64,000 nucleotides of DNA, from sequence record NC_028927.1. One strand, written 5' to 3'. Every line of letters starts with the position of its first letter. Position 1 is the stretch's first letter. The notes beneath the pieces are model-generated. The model had not been told where the DNA came from, searched no databases, and saw nothing but the letters and a program-made list of their open reading frames with translations. The stretch is from Escherichia phage slur02. The translations under genes were made by a program, and so were the position numbers. Positions 1 to 11,956 of this stretch are shown here, in pieces.

Positions 1-2
1 GT

Positions 3-848
3 GCCGGTGAATCTTTAGAAACAGCATCTACTGTCCAAAAACACGTCGTTTCAATTGGTGATGCTCGTCAAGATTGCTTAGTATTGTGCTCACCACCACG
101 TGAAACTGTAGTTGGAATTCCTGTAACTCGTGCAGTAGATAATTTAGTTAACTGGAGAACTGCAGCAGGTTCATACACTGATAATAACTTTAATATCAGT
201 TCAACCTATGCAGCAATTGACGGCAACTACAAATATCAGTATGACAAATATAATGATGTGAATCGTTGGGTTCCATTAGCAGCTGATATTGCTGGTTTAT
301 GCGCAAGAACTGATAACGTATCTCAGACTTGGATGTCTCCAGCTGGTTATAATCGTGGCCAAATTTTGAACGTTATTAAACTTGCTATTGAAACTCGCCA
401 GGCTCAGCGCGACCGTTTATACCAAGAAGCTATCAACCCAGTAACTGGTACAGGTGGTGATGGTTACGTATTGTATGGTGATAAAACAGCTACTTCTGTT
501 CCTTCTCCATTTGATCGTATTAACGTTCGTCGTCTGTTTAATATGTTGAAAACGAATATCGGACGTAGTTCAAAATATCGTTTGTTCGAATTAAACAACG
601 CGTTTACTCGTTCATCGTTCCGCACAGAAACTTCCCAGTACTTGCAGGGAATTAAAGCTCTCGGTGGAATTTATGAATATCGTGTAGTTTGCGATACAAC
701 AAATAACACTCCGTCAGTAATTGATAGAAATGAGTTTGTTGCAACATTCTACATTCAACCGGCTAGAAGCATTAACTACATTACCTTAAACTTCGTAGCA
801 ACTGCTACTGGTGCAGATTTCGATGAGTTAACTGGTCTTGCAGGTTAA
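3..848 (+). CDS. 18: tail sheath protein gp18, C-terminal part (5' end outside window)
   Basis: Reading frame is open from the window start to the stop at 846-848; the track start at 84 is a TTG caused by the window edge. Followed by a late promoter and the tail tube gene as in T4. Confidence 0.85.
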   Translation, partial: AGESLETASTVQKHVVSIGDARQDCLVLCSPPRETVVGIPVTRAVDNLVNWRTAAGSYTDNNFNISSTYAAIDGNYKYQYDKYNDVNRWVPLAADIAGLCARTDNVSQTWMSPAGYNRGQILNVIKLAIETRQAQRDRLYQEAINPVTGTGGDGYVLYGDKTATSVPSPFDRINVRRLFNMLKTNIGRSSKYRLFELNNAFTRSSFRTETSQYLQGIKALGGIYEYRVVCDTTNNTPSVIDRNEFVATFYIQPARSINYITLNFVATATGADFDELTGLAG

Positions 849-942
849 TACGGTGCATTCTAAAGGCCTGTTTCGGCAGGCCATATAAATACACTATATC
901 CTTAATTCTTTAATTCTATATGCCCTAGGTTAAACATAGGGA

Positions 943-950
943 TATAAATA
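943..950 (+). promoter_or_regulatory. T4-type late promoter (TATAAATA) for gene 19; a second copy lies at 884-891
   Basis: Exact TATAAATA 15 bp before the gene 19 start. Confidence 0.6.
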
Positions 951-964
951 CTACAGAGGCTAAT

Positions 965-1456
965 ATGTTTGTAGATGATGTAACACGAGCGTTTGAATCT
1001 GGTGATTTTGCTCGACCTAACTTATTCCAAGTAGAAATTTCTTATCTTGGACAAAATTTTACGTTCCAATGTAAAGCTACTGCTCTACCAGCTGGTATTG
1101 TAGAAAAAATTCCAGTCGGATTTATGAACCGTAAAATTAACGTAGCAGGCGATCGTACATTCGATGACTGGACTGTTACAGTAATGAACGATGAAGCTCA
1201 TGATGCTCGCCAGAAGTTCGTTGATTGGCAAAGCATTGCTGCAGGACAAGGAAACGAAATTACTGGTGGAAAACCTGCAGAGTATAAAAAGAGCGCTATC
1301 GTTCGTCAATATGCTCGTGACGCTAAAACAGTAACAAAAGAAATTGAAATTAAAGGTCTGTGGCCTACTAACGTGGGTGAACTTCAATTAGATTGGGATT
1401 CAAATAATGAAATCCAAACCTTTGAAGTAACTCTTGCTCTCGATTATTGGGAATAA
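965..1456 (+). CDS. 19: tail tube protein gp19
   Basis: 163 aa, same length and position as T4 gp19; late promoter TATAAATA 15 bp upstream. Confidence 0.9.
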   Translation: MFVDDVTRAFESGDFARPNLFQVEISYLGQNFTFQCKATALPAGIVEKIPVGFMNRKINVAGDRTFDDWTVTVMNDEAHDARQKFVDWQSIAAGQGNEITGGKPAEYKKSAIVRQYARDAKTVTKEIEIKGLWPTNVGELQLDWDSNNEIQTFEVTLALDYWE

Positions 1457-1488
1457 AATGAATGGGGAGAAATCCCCATCCTGCTTAA

Positions 1489-3113
<1,625 letters not shown>

Positions 3114-3114
<1 letters not shown>

Positions 3115-3362
3115 TGGAAGGTTTAATTGAAGCTATTAAATCAAACGACCTCGTAGCCGCTCGTAAATTATTTGCTGAAGCCATGGCTGCAAGAACGATT
3201 GATTTAATTAAAGAAGAAAAAATCGCTATCGCTCGTAATTTCTTAATCGAAGGTGAAGAACCTGATGACGAGGATGATGACGAAGACGAAGATAGTGATG
3301 ATAAAGACGACAAAAAAGACAAAGACTCTGATGAAGATGACGAAGACGAGGATGATGAATAA
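3114..3362 (+). CDS. 67: prohead core protein gp67 (acidic C-terminal tail)
   Basis: 82 aa with a poly-Asp/Glu C-terminus; ATGA overlap with gene 20 stop; T4 gene order. Confidence 0.8.
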
Positions 3363-3787
3363 TGCTTCTGATCCCTGAAACTCATGAATTAGTTCTCGAG
3401 AATGTCGAAGCACTTATTCCTGAAGCACAGGGTCGCTTTGACGAATTGTCTTCTGCTTTAAATAAAGACGATATAAATACAATTGTCGAGAATATGCTTG
3501 ATGATGAAACTGATTTAGCGGTTGCATTAGCTTCTATTAATGAAAATATGCCGCTAAATGAATTTATCGTTAAACATGTTTCCGCCCGTGGTGAAATTAC
3601 ACGTACCAAAGATCGCAAAACGCGTGAACGTAATGCATTTCAAACCACCGGGCTGTCTAAAGCAAAACGTAGACAAATTGCTCGTAAAGCTACCAAAACG
3701 AAGATTGCCAATCCAGCAGGTCAATCTCGTGCTCAGCGTAAGCGTAAAAAAGCTCTTAAACGCCGTAAAGCATTAGGATTAAGCTAA
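3362..3787 (+). CDS. 68: prohead core protein gp68
   Basis: 141 aa with a basic C-terminus, between 67 and 21. Confidence 0.75.
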
Positions 3788-4425
3788 TGAATGAACCCCA
3801 ATTACTAATTGAAACTTGGGGTCAACCTGGCGAAATTATTGATGGCGTACCAATGCTTGAATCTCATGATGGAAAAGACTTAGGTTTAAAACCAGGTTTA
3901 TACATCGAAGGAATATTCATGCAAGCGGAAGTCGTCAATAGAAATAAACGTCTTTATCCAAAACGCATATTAGAAAAAGCGGTAAAAGACTATATTAATG
4001 AGCAAGTTTTAACTAAACAAGCTCTCGGAGAATTAAATCATCCTCCACGCGCTAATGTTGACCCGATGCAAGCCGCTATCATTATAGAAGATATGTGGTG
4101 GAAAGGAAATGACGTATACGGACGAGCTCGTGTTATTGAAGGTGACCATGGTCCTGGAGATAAATTAGCAGCTAATATTCGTGCCGGATGGATTCCAGGA
4201 GTTTCTTCTCGTGGATTAGGTTCATTGACTGACACAAATAAAGGTTATCGTATCGTAAACGAAGGATTCAAATTAACTGTAGGTGTTGATGCTGTATGGG
4301 GTCCAAGTGCTCCAGATGCATGGGTAACTCCTAAGGAAATTACCGAATCACAGACGGCGGAAGCCGATACAAGTGCCGATGACGCCTATATGGCTCTCGC
4401 AGAGGCCATGAAAAAAGCGTTATAA
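3787..4425 (+). CDS. 21: prohead core protease gp21
   Basis: 212 aa; start overlaps gp68 stop; position as in T4. Confidence 0.9.
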   Translation: MNEPQLLIETWGQPGEIIDGVPMLESHDGKDLGLKPGLYIEGIFMQAEVVNRNKRLYPKRILEKAVKDYINEQVLTKQALGELNHPPRANVDPMQAAIIIEDMWWKGNDVYGRARVIEGDHGPGDKLAANIRAGWIPGVSSRGLGSLTDTNKGYRIVNEGFKLTVGVDAVWGPSAPDAWVTPKEITESQTAEADTSADDAYMALAEAMKKAL

Positions 4426-4428
4426 ATA
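4421..4428 (+). promoter_or_regulatory. late promoter for gene 22
   Basis: TATAAATA overlapping the gene 21 stop codon. Confidence 0.6.
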
Positions 4429-4455
4429 TTATTATCTAAACAACAGGACTACAAA

Positions 4456-5265
4456 ATGCTTAAAGAACAACTGATTGCTGAAGCGCAAAAAATTGATGCT
4501 TCCGTTGCTCTTGATAGTATTTTCGAATCAGTTAATATTTCTCCGGAAGCAAAAGAAACTTTCGGCACTGTATTCGAAGCTACCGTCAAGCAGCACGCCG
4601 TTAAATTAGCTGAATCTCATATCGCTAAAATTGCTGAAAAAGCAGAAGAAGAAGTAGAAAAAAATAAAGAAGAAGCCGAAGAAAAAGCTGAGAAGAAAAT
4701 CGCTGAGCAAGCTTCTAAATTCATCGACCATCTTGCAAAAGAATGGCTCGCTGAAAATAAATTAGCAGTTGATAAAGGCATCAAAGCCGAACTGTTTGAA
4801 TCCATGCTTGGTGGATTGAAAGAGCTCTTCGTTGAACACAACGTTGTTGTTCCAGAAGAATCAGTTGATGTTGTAGCTGAAATGGAAGAAGAACTGCAAG
4901 AACATAAAGAAGAATCAGCTCGTCTGTTCGAAGAACTCAATAAGCGTGACGCATATATCAATTATGTGCAGCGTGAAGTGGCATTGAGCGAAAGTACTAA
5001 AGATCTGACTGAGTCTCAAAAAGAAAAAGTCTCTGCTCTGGTCGAAGGTATGGATTATTCAGATGCATTCTCAAGTAAATTGAGTGCAATCGTAGAAATG
5101 GTGAAGAAATCTAATAAAGATGAAAGCACTATTACTGAGAGTATAAATACTCCTGATACTGAAGCAGCCGGACTGAATTTCGTCACTGAAGCTGTAGAAG
5201 ATAAATCTGCACAAGGTGCAGAAGATATTGTAAGTGTATATGCGAAAGTCGCATCTCGTTTCTAA
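4456..5265 (+). CDS. 22: prohead core scaffold protein gp22
   Basis: 269 aa, highly charged coiled-coil-type protein; late promoter at 4421-4428. Confidence 0.9.
   Translation: MLKEQLIAEAQKIDASVALDSIFESVNISPEAKETFGTVFEATVKQHAVKLAESHIAKIAEKAEEEVEKNKEEAEEKAEKKIAEQASKFIDHLAKEWLAENKLAVDKGIKAELFESMLGGLKELFVEHNVVVPEESVDVVAEMEEELQEHKEESARLFEELNKRDAYINYVQREVALSESTKDLTESQKEKVSALVEGMDYSDAFSSKLSAIVEMVKKSNKDESTITESINTPDTEAAGLNFVTEAVEDKSAQGAEDIVSVYAKVASRF
5142..5149 (+). promoter_or_regulatory. late promoter for gene 23, inside the 3' end of gene 22
   Basis: Exact TATAAATA. Confidence 0.6.
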
Positions 5266-5283
5266 TTTTAAAGGTTAACACAA

Positions 5284-6849
5284 ATGACTATCAAAACTAA
5301 AGCTGAACTTTTGAACAAATGGAAGCCATTACTGGAAGGTGAAGGTTTACCGGAAATTGCTAATAGCAAACAAGCGATTATCGCTAAAATCTTTGAAAAC
5401 CAGGAAAAAGATTTCCAGACAGCTCCGGAATATAAAGACGAAAAAATTGCTCAGGCATTCGGTTCTTTCTTAACAGAAGCTGAAATTGGTGGTGACCACG
5501 GTTACAATGCTACCAACATCGCTGCAGGTCAGACTTCTGGCGCAGTAACCCAGATTGGCCCGGCTGTTATGGGTATGGTACGTCGTGCTATTCCTAACCT
5601 GATTGCTTTCGATATTTGCGGTGTTCAGCCGATGAACAGCCCGACTGGTCAGGTATTCGCACTGCGCGCAGTATATGGTAAAGACCCAATCGCTTCCGGC
5701 GCTAAAGAAGCATTCCACCCAATGTATGGTCCAGATGCAATGTTCTCTGGTCAGGGTGCTGCTAAGAAATTCGCTGCTTTGAAAGCAAGTGATACTCTTG
5801 AAGTCGGAACTATTTACACTCACTTCTTCCAGGAAACTGGTACAGTATATCTGCAAGCTACAGAAGTTAAACAAATTGATTCAGGCGCATCTGACGCAGA
5901 CAAATTAGATGCTGAAATTAAGAAACAAATGGAAGCTGGTGTACTGGTAGAAATCGCTGAAGGTATGGCTACTTCTATCGCTGAACTTCAGGAAGGTTTT
6001 AACGGTTCTACCGATAACCCATGGAATGAAATGGGCTTCCGTATCGATAAACAAGTTATCGAAGCTAAATCTCGTCAGCTGAAAGCTGCTTACTCTATTG
6101 AATTAGCACAAGACCTTCGCGCTGTTCACGGTATGGATGCTGATGCTGAACTGTCTGGTATTCTGGCTACCGAAATTATGCTGGAAATCAACCGCGAAGT
6201 TGTTGATTGGATTAACTACTCCGCTCAGGTTGGTAAATCTGGTATGACCCTGACTCCGGGTTCTAAAGCTGGTGTATTTGACTTCCAGGACCCAATCGAT
6301 ATTCGTGGTGCTCGCTGGGCAGGTGAATCCTTTAAAGCTCTGTTGTTCCAGATTGACAAAGAAGCAGTTGAAATTGCTCGTCAGACCGGTCGTGGTGAAG
6401 GTAACTTCATTATCGCTTCCCGTAACGTAGTTAACGTTCTGGCTTCAGTTGATACCGGCATTTCTTATGCTGCACAAGGTCTGGCTACCGGCTTTAACAC
6501 TGATACTACCAAGTCAGTATTTGCTGGTGTTCTGGGTGGTAAATACCGTGTATATATCGACCAGTATGCTAAACAGGATTATTTCACTGTAGGTTATAAA
6601 GGTCCGAACGAAATGGATGCTGGTATTTACTATGCTCCATATGTAGCTCTGACTCCGCTGCGTGGTTCCGATCCGAAGAACTTCCAACCGGTAATGGGAT
6701 TCAAAACTCGTTACGGTATCGGTATCAACCCATTTGCAGAATCCGCTGCTCAGGCTCCGGCTTCTCGCATCCAGAGCGGTATGCCTTCTATTCTGAATAG
6801 CCTTGGTAAAAACGCTTACTTCCGCCGTGTATATGTTAAAGGTATCTAA
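5284..6849 (+). CDS. 23: major capsid protein gp23
   Basis: 521 aa, matching T4 gp23 length; strong codon bias; terminator hairpin downstream. Confidence 0.95.
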   Translation: MTIKTKAELLNKWKPLLEGEGLPEIANSKQAIIAKIFENQEKDFQTAPEYKDEKIAQAFGSFLTEAEIGGDHGYNATNIAAGQTSGAVTQIGPAVMGMVRRAIPNLIAFDICGVQPMNSPTGQVFALRAVYGKDPIASGAKEAFHPMYGPDAMFSGQGAAKKFAALKASDTLEVGTIYTHFFQETGTVYLQATEVKQIDSGASDADKLDAEIKKQMEAGVLVEIAEGMATSIAELQEGFNGSTDNPWNEMGFRIDKQVIEAKSRQLKAAYSIELAQDLRAVHGMDADAELSGILATEIMLEINREVVDWINYSAQVGKSGMTLTPGSKAGVFDFQDPIDIRGARWAGESFKALLFQIDKEAVEIARQTGRGEGNFIIASRNVVNVLASVDTGISYAAQGLATGFNTDTTKSVFAGVLGGKYRVYIDQYAKQDYFTVGYKGPNEMDAGIYYAPYVALTPLRGSDPKNFQPVMGFKTRYGIGINPFAESAAQAPASRIQSGMPSILNSLGKNAYFRRVYVKGI

Positions 6850-6864
6850 TCTTTGACGATTTAA

Positions 6865-6890
6865 GGGACCTTCGGGTCCCTTTAGTTGTT
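6865..6890 (+). terminator. rho-independent terminator after gene 23
   Basis: GGGACC-UUCG-GGUCCC hairpin followed by a U-run. Confidence 0.7.
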
Positions 6891-6897
6891 TTTATGG

Positions 6898-6905
6898 TAT
6901 AAATA
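6898..6905 (+). promoter_or_regulatory. late promoter for gene 24
   Basis: Exact TATAAATA 28 bp before the ATG, after the gene 23 terminator. Confidence 0.6.
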
Positions 6906-6932
6906 AATCATATAAACCAAAAGGAAAGCGCA

Positions 6933-8216
6933 ATGGCTAAAATCAACGAACTTCTGCGCGAATCAACCACAACGAATAGCAACTCAATCGGTCGCCCAAA
7001 TCTCGTTGCTTTGACTCGCGCTACCACTAAATTAATATATTCTGACATTGTAGCAACGCAAAGAACTAATCAACCTGTTGCTGCTTTTTATGGTATCAAA
7101 TACCTTAACCCAGACAATGAATTTACATTTAAAACTGGTGCTACTTATGCCGGCGAAGCTGGATATGTAGATCGAGAACAAATCACAGAATTAACAGAAG
7201 AGTCTAAATTAACTCTCAATAAAGGCGATTTATTCAAATATAATAATATCGTTTATAAAGTATTAGAAGATACACCATTTGCTGATATTGAAGAAAGCGA
7301 TTTAGAATTGGCTCTTCAGATTGCAATTGTTCTTTTAAAGGTTCGTCTATTTTCTGACGCAGCGTCAACAAGCAAATTTGAAAGCTCTGATAGTGAAATT
7401 GCGGATGCTAGATTCCAGATTAATAAATGGCAAACCGCAGTTAAATCTCGCAAACTTAAAACTGGTATCACAGTTGAATTAGCACAAGATTTAGAAGCAA
7501 ATGGATTCGATGCTCCTAATTTCTTGGAAGATTTGCTTGCAACTGAAATGGCAGATGAAATCAATAAAGATATTCTGCAGTCTTTGATTACAGTATCAAA
7601 ACGTTATAAAGTTACAGGAATTACTGATACTGGATTCATTGATTTGAGTTATGCATCTGCACCTGAAGCTGGTCGTTCATTATACCGAATGGTATGCGAA
7701 ATGGTTTCGCATATCCAAAAAGAATCAACTTATACAGCAACGTTCTGTGTTGCTTCTGCTCGTGCCGCCGCGATTCTTGCTGCATCAGGTTGGTTAAAAC
7801 ATAAACCAGAAGATGATAAATATCTTTCACAAAATGCCTATGGGTTTTTAGCTAATGGTTTACCACTTTATTGCGATACTAACAGCCCATTAGATTATGT
7901 AATCGTTGGCGTAGTAGAAAATATCGGTGAAAAAGAAATTGTTGGATCAATTTTCTATGCTCCGTATACAGAAGGTCTCGACTTAGATGACCCTGAACAT
8001 GTAGGTGCATTTAAAGTTGTTGTTGATCCAGAAAGCTTGCAACCGTCTATCGGTTTATTAGTTAGATATGCTTTATCTGCAAATCCTTACACCGTAGCAA
8101 AAGATGAAAAAGAAGCAAGAGTAATTGATGGTGGAGACATGGATAAAATGGCGGGTCGTTCAGATTTGTCTGTTTTATTAGGTGTTAAGCTACCAAAAAT
8201 TATCATTGATGAATAA
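6933..8216 (+). CDS. 24: capsid vertex protein gp24
   Basis: 427 aa, gp23 paralog-type sequence with shared motifs such as ELAQDL; late promoter upstream. Confidence 0.9.
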   Translation: MAKINELLRESTTTNSNSIGRPNLVALTRATTKLIYSDIVATQRTNQPVAAFYGIKYLNPDNEFTFKTGATYAGEAGYVDREQITELTEESKLTLNKGDLFKYNNIVYKVLEDTPFADIEESDLELALQIAIVLLKVRLFSDAASTSKFESSDSEIADARFQINKWQTAVKSRKLKTGITVELAQDLEANGFDAPNFLEDLLATEMADEINKDILQSLITVSKRYKVTGITDTGFIDLSYASAPEAGRSLYRMVCEMVSHIQKESTYTATFCVASARAAAILAASGWLKHKPEDDKYLSQNAYGFLANGLPLYCDTNSPLDYVIVGVVENIGEKEIVGSIFYAPYTEGLDLDDPEHVGAFKVVVDPESLQPSIGLLVRYALSANPYTVAKDEKEARVIDGGDMDKMAGRSDLSVLLGVKLPKIIIDE

Positions 8217-8222
8217 AACAAA

Positions 8223-8245
8223 GGGACCTTTCGGTCCCTTTTTAT
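8223..8245. terminator. bidirectional terminator between gene 24 and rnlB
   Basis: GGGACC-UUUC-GGUCCC hairpin flanked by an A-run and a T-run. Confidence 0.65.
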
Positions 8246-9250
8246 TTAACTTACCAATTCAATCCAAGCCGGACGAAGTACATCTTGTACCATTTTAACT
8301 AATTCCTTTTTAATCAAAGAAGGATTATCCGCTTGAGTTAGAGTAATACCTTCACGAGAAGTTTCTTCCAAAATATCTTGAACAGTTAGTCCCATCACCT
8401 TTCCAAAATCTTTTGGACCAATTTCGCCAATTTTAGAAATAACGTTATTTACTCGGTTTAGTGTAACGTAACAAGCTAAAATCCCCACCAATTTGTTATC
8501 AGCTTCTGACAGTTCAACTTTAGCTTTAATAGGCTTATCAGACTTTTTCTTTTCACTAAATTTAGAATTCTTGCATTTGATGGCTACACGATTGCGATTA
8601 GGCAGCCAAGAAGGATAACAAGGTTTCAATACATATCCTTCAGCGGTAAATACTTCGCCTTTGGCTTCAGCTTTCCAAACACATTTGTTAGCGTCAATTA
8701 AACCTGCATTATCTACGGTAAAATTATAAGACGGAACAACAGAATCCAAATCATTTGGAAGTTTAATAAGATCTTCAAATTTACCACGACCCAAAAGTGG
8801 AGCGATTTTAAACCCAAATGAATTACAAAACGATTCCATCATGTAATCATCAACATAAGTTACATCACCACTTTCGGTAGTGACAATAATGTCAAATACA
8901 TAAAAATCTTTATCGCCATAATCAACATTCTTCTGAATGCCAGGTCCAGCGAATTCGCCAAAAACTTGATAAGTCACAACAGCTGAAGTTTCCATAATTT
9001 CTTGGACAGCTTTAATAGAATCTTCGTAATTCTTTAAAATAATTTCATAACCGAAGAAATCTTCAGCAGGAAGAATCGGTCCAGTACGTTTAGCGCAAGT
9101 TACTTTATCACGCTCAATAATCAATGAGAAATTTGTGCCGTGAATCTTTTCACGAGCTACCCATTCGCCGCCAGTCAATCCTAAGCTATAAAGTTTTTCA
9201 ATAAATTTAGAGTTGTAATGATTTTCAAGACTGCTATACTTTTTAAACAT
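8246..9250 (-). CDS. rnlB: RNA ligase 2 (Rnl2)
   Basis: 334 aa; nucleotidyltransferase motif I KIHGTN; position after gene 24 on the opposite strand as in T4. Confidence 0.9.
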   Translation of the reverse strand: MFKKYSSLENHYNSKFIEKLYSLGLTGGEWVAREKIHGTNFSLIIERDKVTCAKRTGPILPAEDFFGYEIILKNYEDSIKAVQEIMETSAVVTYQVFGEFAGPGIQKNVDYGDKDFYVFDIIVTTESGDVTYVDDYMMESFCNSFGFKIAPLLGRGKFEDLIKLPNDLDSVVPSYNFTVDNAGLIDANKCVWKAEAKGEVFTAEGYVLKPCYPSWLPNRNRVAIKCKNSKFSEKKKSDKPIKAKVELSEADNKLVGILACYVTLNRVNNVISKIGEIGPKDFGKVMGLTVQDILEETSREGITLTQADNPSLIKKELVKMVQDVLRPAWIELVS

Positions 9251-9259
9251 AATTAATCC

Positions 9260-9538
9260 TCAAAATGTAATTTCTAACCAATCACCATCACGCTGATCAC
9301 TATTGACTTTAAAGCTGAATCCCTCTTTTCTCAGCCAATCACCAATTTCTTCAGTAATCAATTTATCGCGAGCAGTACAATAATAACTAAAATATGTTTT
9401 ACCTTGTTCAGCTGCTTTATTAGCAAGTTCTGAAAAATCTTTAATAAAACACTCTAGCTTAAACTGTTTACTTTTTAATGCTTTTTCACGTAATTGATTA
9501 GCAAAAGATTCATTTTCATAAAGATCATACTGTTCCAT
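9260..9538 (-). CDS. hypothetical protein (24.2-like)
   Basis: 92 aa ORF in the T4 24.2 position. Confidence 0.6.
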   Translation of the reverse strand: MEQYDLYENESFANQLREKALKSKQFKLECFIKDFSELANKAAEQGKTYFSYYCTARDKLITEEIGDWLRKEGFSFKVNSDQRDGDWLEITF

Positions 9539-9740
9539 TTTTCACCTTTTTATTGATATGTCTTTTTCTATAGACAACTTTTTCTCGAGTTTTAAATTTA
9601 TTCTTAGCAGTCATAGCTCGAGCCCATAATACAGCCACTTCTTTCGCCTGTAAGTTTAATTCACGAGCAATTTCAATGAATGACTTTCCAGACTCATGAA
9701 GAGTAAACACCACAACCTCAGTTCTCATAATCAATCTCAT
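9525..9740 (-). CDS. hypothetical small basic protein (24.3-like)
   Basis: 71 aa ORF overlapping the start of the 24.2-like ORF. Confidence 0.55.
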   Translation of the reverse strand: MRLIMRTEVVVFTLHESGKSFIEIARELNLQAKEVAVLWARAMTAKNKFKTREKVVYRKRHINKKVKNGTV

Positions 9741-9802
9741 GTTATCGAGTTGGTGCCATTATATACATCATTTTCTGATTGTGTTTGTGTGCTTTCAAAA
9801 TG

Positions 9803-9822
9803 AAGAAAGGGGCCGAAGCCCC
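9803..9822 (-). terminator. terminator downstream of hoc
   Basis: GGGGC-UUCG-GCCCC hairpin followed by UUUCUU on the minus strand. Confidence 0.55.
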
Positions 9823-9834
9823 TTATGATTATGA

Positions 9835-11253
9835 TTATGGATAGGTATAGATGATACCAGTTTCTAAAGCAGTTTTATGAATGATGTATCCATTACGTGA
9901 TTCTTGAACATCAACTTCTGGATAGTCTTTCATCATCTTCTGGAGAGTGTAACGATGCAAGTAGTACTTACTATCTGGATCGTCAGTTTTCCAATCTTTA
10001 CCTTCTTCAGTCATTTTTTGGATTTCATCCATAACCCACCAACCGCACCAGATGTAAGCTGAAGTACGATGTGGAAGAGGATGAACATAAGGCAATTCAC
10101 CTTCTGGCTCTGGAGCAACTTTATCAGTCACTTGAACTTGACCTTCTGCTGTAGTAGTTTTGCTATCATAATCAGCAGCAGTAACAGTTGCAGTAACTTC
10201 AATAGTTTGACTTCCAATAGATGAGGTATCAACGGTATACACGTTAGTTGACCCTTCTACAGGAGAAGAATCTTTCTTCCATGAATAAGCAATTTGTGCT
10301 TCTTCTGGTGCATCAGTGACATTAGCAGTAAATGTAGCCGAAGCATCTTGTTGAACGTTAATAGAAGGAGGAGTCAATGTAACCTGTGGATTCATTGTCT
10401 TCTTATTAACCGTTAATGATACTTCATTCGAAGTAACTTCCTTTTCATTGTAATTTTCAGCAGTTACTTGGGCTACGCATTTAATTCTTTTTACTCCACT
10501 TGTAGTTGGAGTATAGTTAAATGTAGAGTTAGTTTCTCCACCAACTTGTGAATCATCTACATACCACTGATACGTAGCAGACGCTCCAACGGGTTGAGAA
10601 GCTAAGGCAGCAGTAAATTGAACTAGTGTTCCAATTACTCCAGCTGAAGGACTATCAGGAGTTACTGCCAAAGTAGTTGTCTGTGTCTTTTTATTAACAG
10701 TCAGTGACACTTCATTAGAAGTAACTTCTTTTGCATCATAATCTGTCGCGGTTACTTGAGCCACACACTTAATTGTTTTAACTCCGCTTGTGTCAGGAGT
10801 GTAATTGAATGTAGCGCTAGTCGCTTCGCTCACAGGAGAACCGTCAACGTACCATTGATACGTAGCAGATGCGCCTGATGGCTGCGAAGCCAAAGCAGCG
10901 GTAAATTCAACAGCTGTTCCAATTACTCCAGCTGAAGGACTAGCAGGAGTTACAGCTAAGGTGGTCGTTTGTGTCTTATTTTGAACTGTGATAGTTGTAG
11001 TAGCTTCTGCTGTTTCAGCTTCAGTATCAGGAACTGGATTTGTTGCAACTACCTTAATAGTCTTTTGACCGGCAGGACCTTTTAGTACATAACTAAAAGT
11101 TGCAGACGTTTCTTCCTGTGGTGCATCATCAACAGTCCAAGCATATGTAATAGGTCCATCTCCAGTTTGACCACTGGGCGTAGCAGTAAACTGCTGAGTC
11201 TGATCTATAACTCCAGTAGGTGTTTTAGGAGTTATATCAACTGTAAAAGCCAT
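9835..11253 (-). CDS. hoc: Hoc outer capsid decoration protein with an extra tandem Ig-like domain
   Basis: 472 aa; Thr/Ser-rich Ig-like repeats plus a Trp-rich C-terminal capsid-binding region; two 96-aa units in perfect tandem. Confidence 0.85.
   Translation of the reverse strand: MAFTVDITPKTPTGVIDQTQQFTATPSGQTGDGPITYAWTVDDAPQEETSATFSYVLKGPAGQKTIKVVATNPVPDTEAETAEATTTITVQNKTQTTTLAVTPASPSAGVIGTAVEFTAALASQPSGASATYQWYVDGSPVSEATSATFNYTPDTSGVKTIKCVAQVTATDYDAKEVTSNEVSLTVNKKTQTTTLAVTPDSPSAGVIGTLVQFTAALASQPVGASATYQWYVDDSQVGGETNSTFNYTPTTSGVKRIKCVAQVTAENYNEKEVTSNEVSLTVNKKTMNPQVTLTPPSINVQQDASATFTANVTDAPEEAQIAYSWKKDSSPVEGSTNVYTVDTSSIGSQTIEVTATVTAADYDSKTTTAEGQVQVTDKVAPEPEGELPYVHPLPHRTSAYIWCGWWVMDEIQKMTEEGKDWKTDDPDSKYYLHRYTLQKMMKDYPEVDVQESRNGYIIHKTALETGIIYTYP
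10402..10689 (-). repeat. hoc internal tandem repeat, unit 2 (aa 189-284)
   Basis: Second 288-nt unit, about 82 percent identical in protein to unit 1, in frame and head to tail. Confidence 0.85.
10690..10977 (-). repeat. hoc internal tandem repeat, unit 1 (aa 93-188)
   Basis: 288-nt unit encoding KTQTTTLAVTPASPSAG...SLTVNK. Confidence 0.85.
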
Positions 11254-11262
11254 AAGTTATCC

Positions 11263-11943
11263 TTATTTTAATGTTACGAAAGAAGAATTGCGTGTTTCAC
11301 GAATTAAAACTGATCCGTCACGGTTAATGTAATAAATTAAGCTAAATAATGTTTGGTGTGCAGAAGCATGCTCAAAACTAGTTGGGTGAGATTTCCAATC
11401 CGGAGTTTCAGCGATCCATTGATAAATCCACCAAGGAACAGTACAGAATCCTGGATTTTTTCCAATCAACTGAAGATTCGGGCTAAAGTTTTCCGGAAGA
11501 GTAAATACACACGGCTTTTCAGATTCAATAATCTCAGCTACAGCCTGTTCGAATTTTTCTTCAACAAAAGGAGTATCTTCAATCAAAACATCGGTATTTT
11601 CAGGAATTTTATCCGTTTCTACTACTTCAATTTTAATGTCAGATTTAACTGGAGAATCAATCAAAAGTGCTGCTTCTGGATTGACTTCTTCATCGTCATA
11701 TTTTAATCCCTCTGCAGCATCAGCAGCATCAATTAAGTCTTTAATAGATAACCCATCAGTCTCTGGCATAGGTTCACTAGCGAGCTTCTGGAGGGCTTCT
11801 TCAATATCAACAACGATATTATCAAAAGATTTATTCTTTTTGACCTTTATACCAAACTGTTCAGCATATTCAGCTAATTTAGCTTTAGCTTCTTTATTAT
11901 CATCAAGAGCCTTCAGCTCTGCAATATAATCTTTATCTATCAT
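11263..11943 (-). CDS. inh: Inh, inhibitor of prohead protease (internal head protein-like)
   Basis: 226 aa acidic protein immediately after hoc, as in T4. Confidence 0.7.
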   Translation of the reverse strand: MIDKDYIAELKALDDNKEAKAKLAEYAEQFGIKVKKNKSFDNIVVDIEEALQKLASEPMPETDGLSIKDLIDAADAAEGLKYDDEEVNPEAALLIDSPVKSDIKIEVVETDKIPENTDVLIEDTPFVEEKFEQAVAEIIESEKPCVFTLPENFSPNLQLIGKNPGFCTVPWWIYQWIAETPDWKSHPTSFEHASAHQTLFSLIYYINRDGSVLIRETRNSSFVTLK

Positions 11944-11956
11944 AATATTTCCTCAG

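Noticed and set aside
84-86. TTG start codon for the first ORF
   Set aside because: The frame is open to the window start; this is the 3' part of gene 18, and the start is only an artefact of window truncation.
864-881. GGCCTG-TTTCGG-CAGGCC hairpin after gene 18 as a terminator
   Set aside because: No U-tract follows; it is directly followed by a late promoter, so at most a stabilising 3' hairpin.
1085-1387. Antisense ORFs inside well-supported genes (also 4617..4961, 5470..5874, 13164..13421, 19201..19383, 26680..26934, 36618..36995, 48932..49411, 53427..53669, 58690..58949 and others)
   Set aside because: They are embedded in strongly supported conserved phage genes on the opposite strand or in another frame, and show AT-rich chance-ORF composition.
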